Shown here: positions 60,920 through 64,000 of the stretch, in pieces
How positions within the stretch are numbered: position 1 is the stretch's first letter
Layout of the letters: each line of letters starts with the position of its first letter
Source: Candidatus Bathyarchaeota archaeon
GTDB taxonomy: Archaea; Thermoproteota; Bathyarchaeia; Bathyarchaeales; Bathycorpusculaceae
DNA length: 64,000 nt
Direction: 5' to 3'
NCBI GenBank assembly: GCA_963702095.1
Contig: OY969706.1
Location: 736,001 to 800,000, forward strand
Notes under the pieces: generated by a model
The model's database searches: none
What the model was told of the DNA's origin: nothing
Seen by the model: the letters and a program-made list of their open reading frames with translations, nothing else
Made by a program: the position numbers and the translations under genes

Positions 60920-62662
60920 TTAAGATGCTACCCTCTTTGTGGGCAACTCCACTTTTACGGTTGTTCCCTTTTCAAGCACACTTTCTATGGATATTGTTCC
61001 ATCATGTGCTTCGACGTGACGCTTGCAAATCGCTAAGCCAAAACCCATACCCTTCGCTTTGGTGGTATAGAGTGGCGTCCAAAGCTTCCCAATAGTTTCC
61101 TCGGTCATGCCCATTCCGCTGTCCCGGAATGTAAACAACAGCTTATCGTCGGCTGTCTGGCATTTGATTTGCAGTTCACCTCCGTTGGGCATGGCGTCAA
61201 AAGCGTTTTTGATTATGTTGACGAAGACTCGGCAAACTTTGATTTCGTCCGCTTCAAAAGCCGGATTATCCGGGGTTTCATCAACCACTTTGATGTTTGG
61301 CGCCGGCTGGATGAGTGCCAAGGAATCCCTGATTAATCCTTTGGGGGTAACTGAGGCTAGTTGGAGTCGGATTTCGGTTGAGTAATCCAGTAAGTCGTTA
61401 ACTATTTTGTTGGAGTAATCGATGCTTTTGTCCATGCTGTCAAAAATCGCTGCGTCTTCGGCGTCGAGTTTTTTGGCAAACTTTTTCCTTAGATAGTAAG
61501 TGCCGCCTCGGATGCCTGAAAGCGGGTTACGTAAATCATGCCCCAACATGCCCGCTAATTCGCCGATGGATGCGAACCGCTCGGCTCGTAGAAGCTTCTG
61601 CTCCATTAGCTTACGCTCCGTTATGTCATGGAATACAAACGCGTCGCCTACATCTTGCCCTCTATTATCACTAACTACGGAACAGGATAGAAGACAATTC
61701 TTTGTTTGCCCAGCCTTCGTATAGAAAGCGAATTCGTAATCCCTGATTTCCCGCAGGGTTCGCAGTTGGCTTATGACTCGGGGGGTTTGGCTATTTTTAT
61801 CGGTGACATTGGCTTTATCCAGCATTTCCTTGATTGATTTCCCAATAATCTCTTGCTCCCTGTAACCGCTGAGGTCAAGCAAGGATTTGTTTACCTTTAG
61901 GATTTTGCCTTCAAGGTCAGCGATGACTAAGGAATCAGGCATAGTTGAAAAGACGTTTTCTGCAGCAACTTCAAGTCTGAAACTGAACAACTCATATCTG
62001 AACATAGCGTAAACCGTGAGAATGCTTGTTACTGTGCCTGAAATGTTGCCTATCACTGGGATTCTTGTGCCCGAAACAAAAAAGATGGTGTCGGAGGTTA
62101 ATGTGAGGATGACGGGGATGCCTAAGCCTAACACGATGAATTTGGTTTGCTGTTTGCGTTTTTTATCGATGACTTTGCTATGGTAACTTAATAGCACTAA
62201 TATTGCGAGCAACGAAACAACTGCCAACCAGATGCCGTCGAGCCTCGAAATAACTGAATTCGGCGGAAATGCAGGCGCGTAACCCCACGGCATCAAAACT
62301 GGGGTTGTGGAAATCAAATCTGTTGTTAAATCTATGAGGCCTAAAAGCAGGGCTGGAAAATACAGGGCTACATAAACGAGTTTGTTTTTTAATAATTCGC
62401 TTTCGGCGAATGCGAGCGAAAAATGTAGCATAAGCGCAATCAATACTGGCCAAAGAAAAAGGGCTTTATTCCAGAAAACTGCACCGACCAGCGTCGGTGA
62501 GGAGGACAACATGTAAGTGCAGAATGCCCAGTAAGAGTTTAAAAACATCATAAACATGAAAAGTTTATTGACTGTGGCTTTTCTGTTAATGGTGTAAACA
62601 ATTAACCCCAGTATTAGGGAGAGCGCGGTTGCGCAGAGTGAGATAAATTCATAGGGATTCAT
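60920..62662 (-). CDS. 7TM (HisKA_7TM-like) PAS sensor histidine kinase
   Basis: Multi-TM N-terminus, PAS (DLEGKI..VN...LSGY...E.IG), HDLRNPL H-box, NIIKNA, DSG.G, TTKAKGMGFGL. Confidence 0.95.
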   Translation of the reverse strand: MNPYEFISLCATALSLILGLIVYTINRKATVNKLFMFMMFLNSYWAFCTYMLSSSPTLVGAVFWNKALFLWPVLIALMLHFSLAFAESELLKNKLVYVALYFPALLLGLIDLTTDLISTTPVLMPWGYAPAFPPNSVISRLDGIWLAVVSLLAILVLLSYHSKVIDKKRKQQTKFIVLGLGIPVILTLTSDTIFFVSGTRIPVIGNISGTVTSILTVYAMFRYELFSFRLEVAAENVFSTMPDSLVIADLEGKILKVNKSLLDLSGYREQEIIGKSIKEMLDKANVTDKNSQTPRVISQLRTLREIRDYEFAFYTKAGQTKNCLLSCSVVSDNRGQDVGDAFVFHDITERKLMEQKLLRAERFASIGELAGMLGHDLRNPLSGIRGGTYYLRKKFAKKLDAEDAAIFDSMDKSIDYSNKIVNDLLDYSTEIRLQLASVTPKGLIRDSLALIQPAPNIKVVDETPDNPAFEADEIKVCRVFVNIIKNAFDAMPNGGELQIKCQTADDKLLFTFRDSGMGMTEETIGKLWTPLYTTKAKGMGFGLAICKRHVEAHDGTISIESVLEKGTTVKVELPTKRVAS

Positions 62663-62919
62663 CTGTTTTCTCTTTCCGTTGGCGTATACTAGGGCTAAAT
62701 GCTGTTTGACAAAATCAACAACAGTTTTTGGATAAATTGGTGTGTGCGATTGGCTTGGAATGACAACTGCTCAGTTTCTGAATGCCTTCAGAGAAAAAAA
62801 CACTCCATGCAATGACTTCTCTGTTAATTGAGAGCGCTTTCTCTATCAGCATACTTTTATCTGTGGCAAAAGAACTACTCTACACGAAAACACGCTTTAC
62901 CAAACAAGGCGGCAAAGGT

Positions 62920-64000
62920 ATGGTTGAACTCAGAGCACAAGAACAACAACTCCTCTGTGCCATCGACAAACAAGGCGGAGACGCCTCAGTGGAGAAACTG
63001 GTTGAATGCTGCGGATTCACCGACGCCGCCGTCATGCGCTCCGCATTAACCCTGCAGGAAATGGGTCTCTTAACCATACAGGCAGCCACAAAAAACATCA
63101 TTAAACTCACCTCCGAAGGCAAAGGCTACTCCCAAAACGGCTTGCCCGAACGCAACCTAATCCGCGCCGTCGCCGAAATGGGAGGCAAAGCCAACCTCGC
63201 CGAAGCAGCCAAAAAAGCAGAGCTTATGCAGCAGTTTGTTCAAATCGCACAGGGCTGGGTAATCCGCAAGAAATGGGCAACCTACTCCTCAGCAGACAAC
63301 AGCTTACGAATCAACGAAACCCTGCTCCACAACATGAATATCCCTGAAGGCTGCGATGAAACCCTCCTCAAGTACTTGGGCGAAAAAGGCCAAGAGGCGC
63401 TTGACGACTTAAGCGGTGACCTCAAAGACGCGGCAGAACAACTCAAAAAACGCAAACTAGTAACTATTGAACCCAAAACCACCCGCATCCTCAAAATTAC
63501 CAGGGCGGGCAAAGAAGCCGCAGGTCAAGCCGCAACCGCAGTGCCCGAAGTCACCAAACTCACTCCTGAACTCATAATCACGGGCAAATGGCGAGAAATC
63601 AAACTTCAAAAATACAACATCGAAGCCCCCGTCGCCAAAACTTGGCCAGGCAAAAAACATCCCTACCTAAGCTTCCTCGACGAAGTCCGCGCTAAACTGG
63701 TGCAGTTGGGCTTCCAAGAAATGACTGGCACCGCTGTGGAAACCAGCTTCTTTAACTTCGATTCTCTCTACGTGCCACAGGATCACCCCGCACGTGAACC
63801 CTCAGACATTTACTACATCCAAGAACCCAAGTACGGCGACGTAGAAAGCCACAGATGCGCAGTTGAGCGGGTGAAGGAGACGCATGAGGACGGCGACGAA
63901 ACAGGCAGCACCGGCTGGGGTTACCGCTACTCTTTCGACGCTGCGAGGCGGTTGCTTCTGCGTGGACACGGCACATGCCTCAGCGCCCGAACCCTAGAAG
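62920..64000 (+). CDS. pheS: Phenylalanine-tRNA ligase alpha subunit (archaeal type), runs off the window end
   Basis: Manual translation: LTSEG...GLPER, GKKHPY, GFQEM, FFNFDSLYVPQDHPARE, LLLRGHGT. Confidence 0.95.
   Translation, partial: MVELRAQEQQLLCAIDKQGGDASVEKLVECCGFTDAAVMRSALTLQEMGLLTIQAATKNIIKLTSEGKGYSQNGLPERNLIRAVAEMGGKANLAEAAKKAELMQQFVQIAQGWVIRKKWATYSSADNSLRINETLLHNMNIPEGCDETLLKYLGEKGQEALDDLSGDLKDAAEQLKKRKLVTIEPKTTRILKITRAGKEAAGQAATAVPEVTKLTPELIITGKWREIKLQKYNIEAPVAKTWPGKKHPYLSFLDEVRAKLVQLGFQEMTGTAVETSFFNFDSLYVPQDHPAREPSDIYYIQEPKYGDVESHRCAVERVKETHEDGDETGSTGWGYRYSFDAARRLLLRGHGTCLSARTLE

Overview
Archaeal chromosomal segment, most likely Bathyarchaeia. This is inferred from archaeal-type uS12/uS7, PheS and DRG GTPase, plus lineage-typical expansions of small wHTH, TrmB, PQQ-like beta-propeller surface proteins and a Cren7-like zinc ribbon. 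6-21 kb holds a type IV pilus locus: assembly ATPase, two membrane platform proteins, three small pilins, a KaiC/FlaH-like protein with a degenerate Walker A, a short HerA-like ATPase, and three giant pilin-N 'adhesin' genes. The adhesin genes have mosaic stalks, divergent C-terminal tips and a shared palindromic upstream site. 27-49 kb holds surface proteins, an FG-GAP/MacB-type ABC/polyferredoxin cluster, redox and stress genes, an MgtA-type P-ATPase with an unusual C-terminal extension, an ABC-2 exporter and an M16 peptidase. 50-64 kb holds Fur-katG, a small TA/nuclease island, rps12-rps7, a DRG GTPase, a GH5, a PAS histidine kinase and a partial pheS. The best novel candidates are (i) a dispersed ~172-bp intergenic element in 4 copies with compensatory hairpin changes and a His/Cys micro-ORF, and (ii) the apparently co-regulated modular pilin-adhesin array. 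Several single-base frameshifts in short homopolymers suggest long-read consensus errors. No rRNA, tRNA, CRISPR array or transposase was recognised. Family calls come from motif recognition by eye, not database searches.
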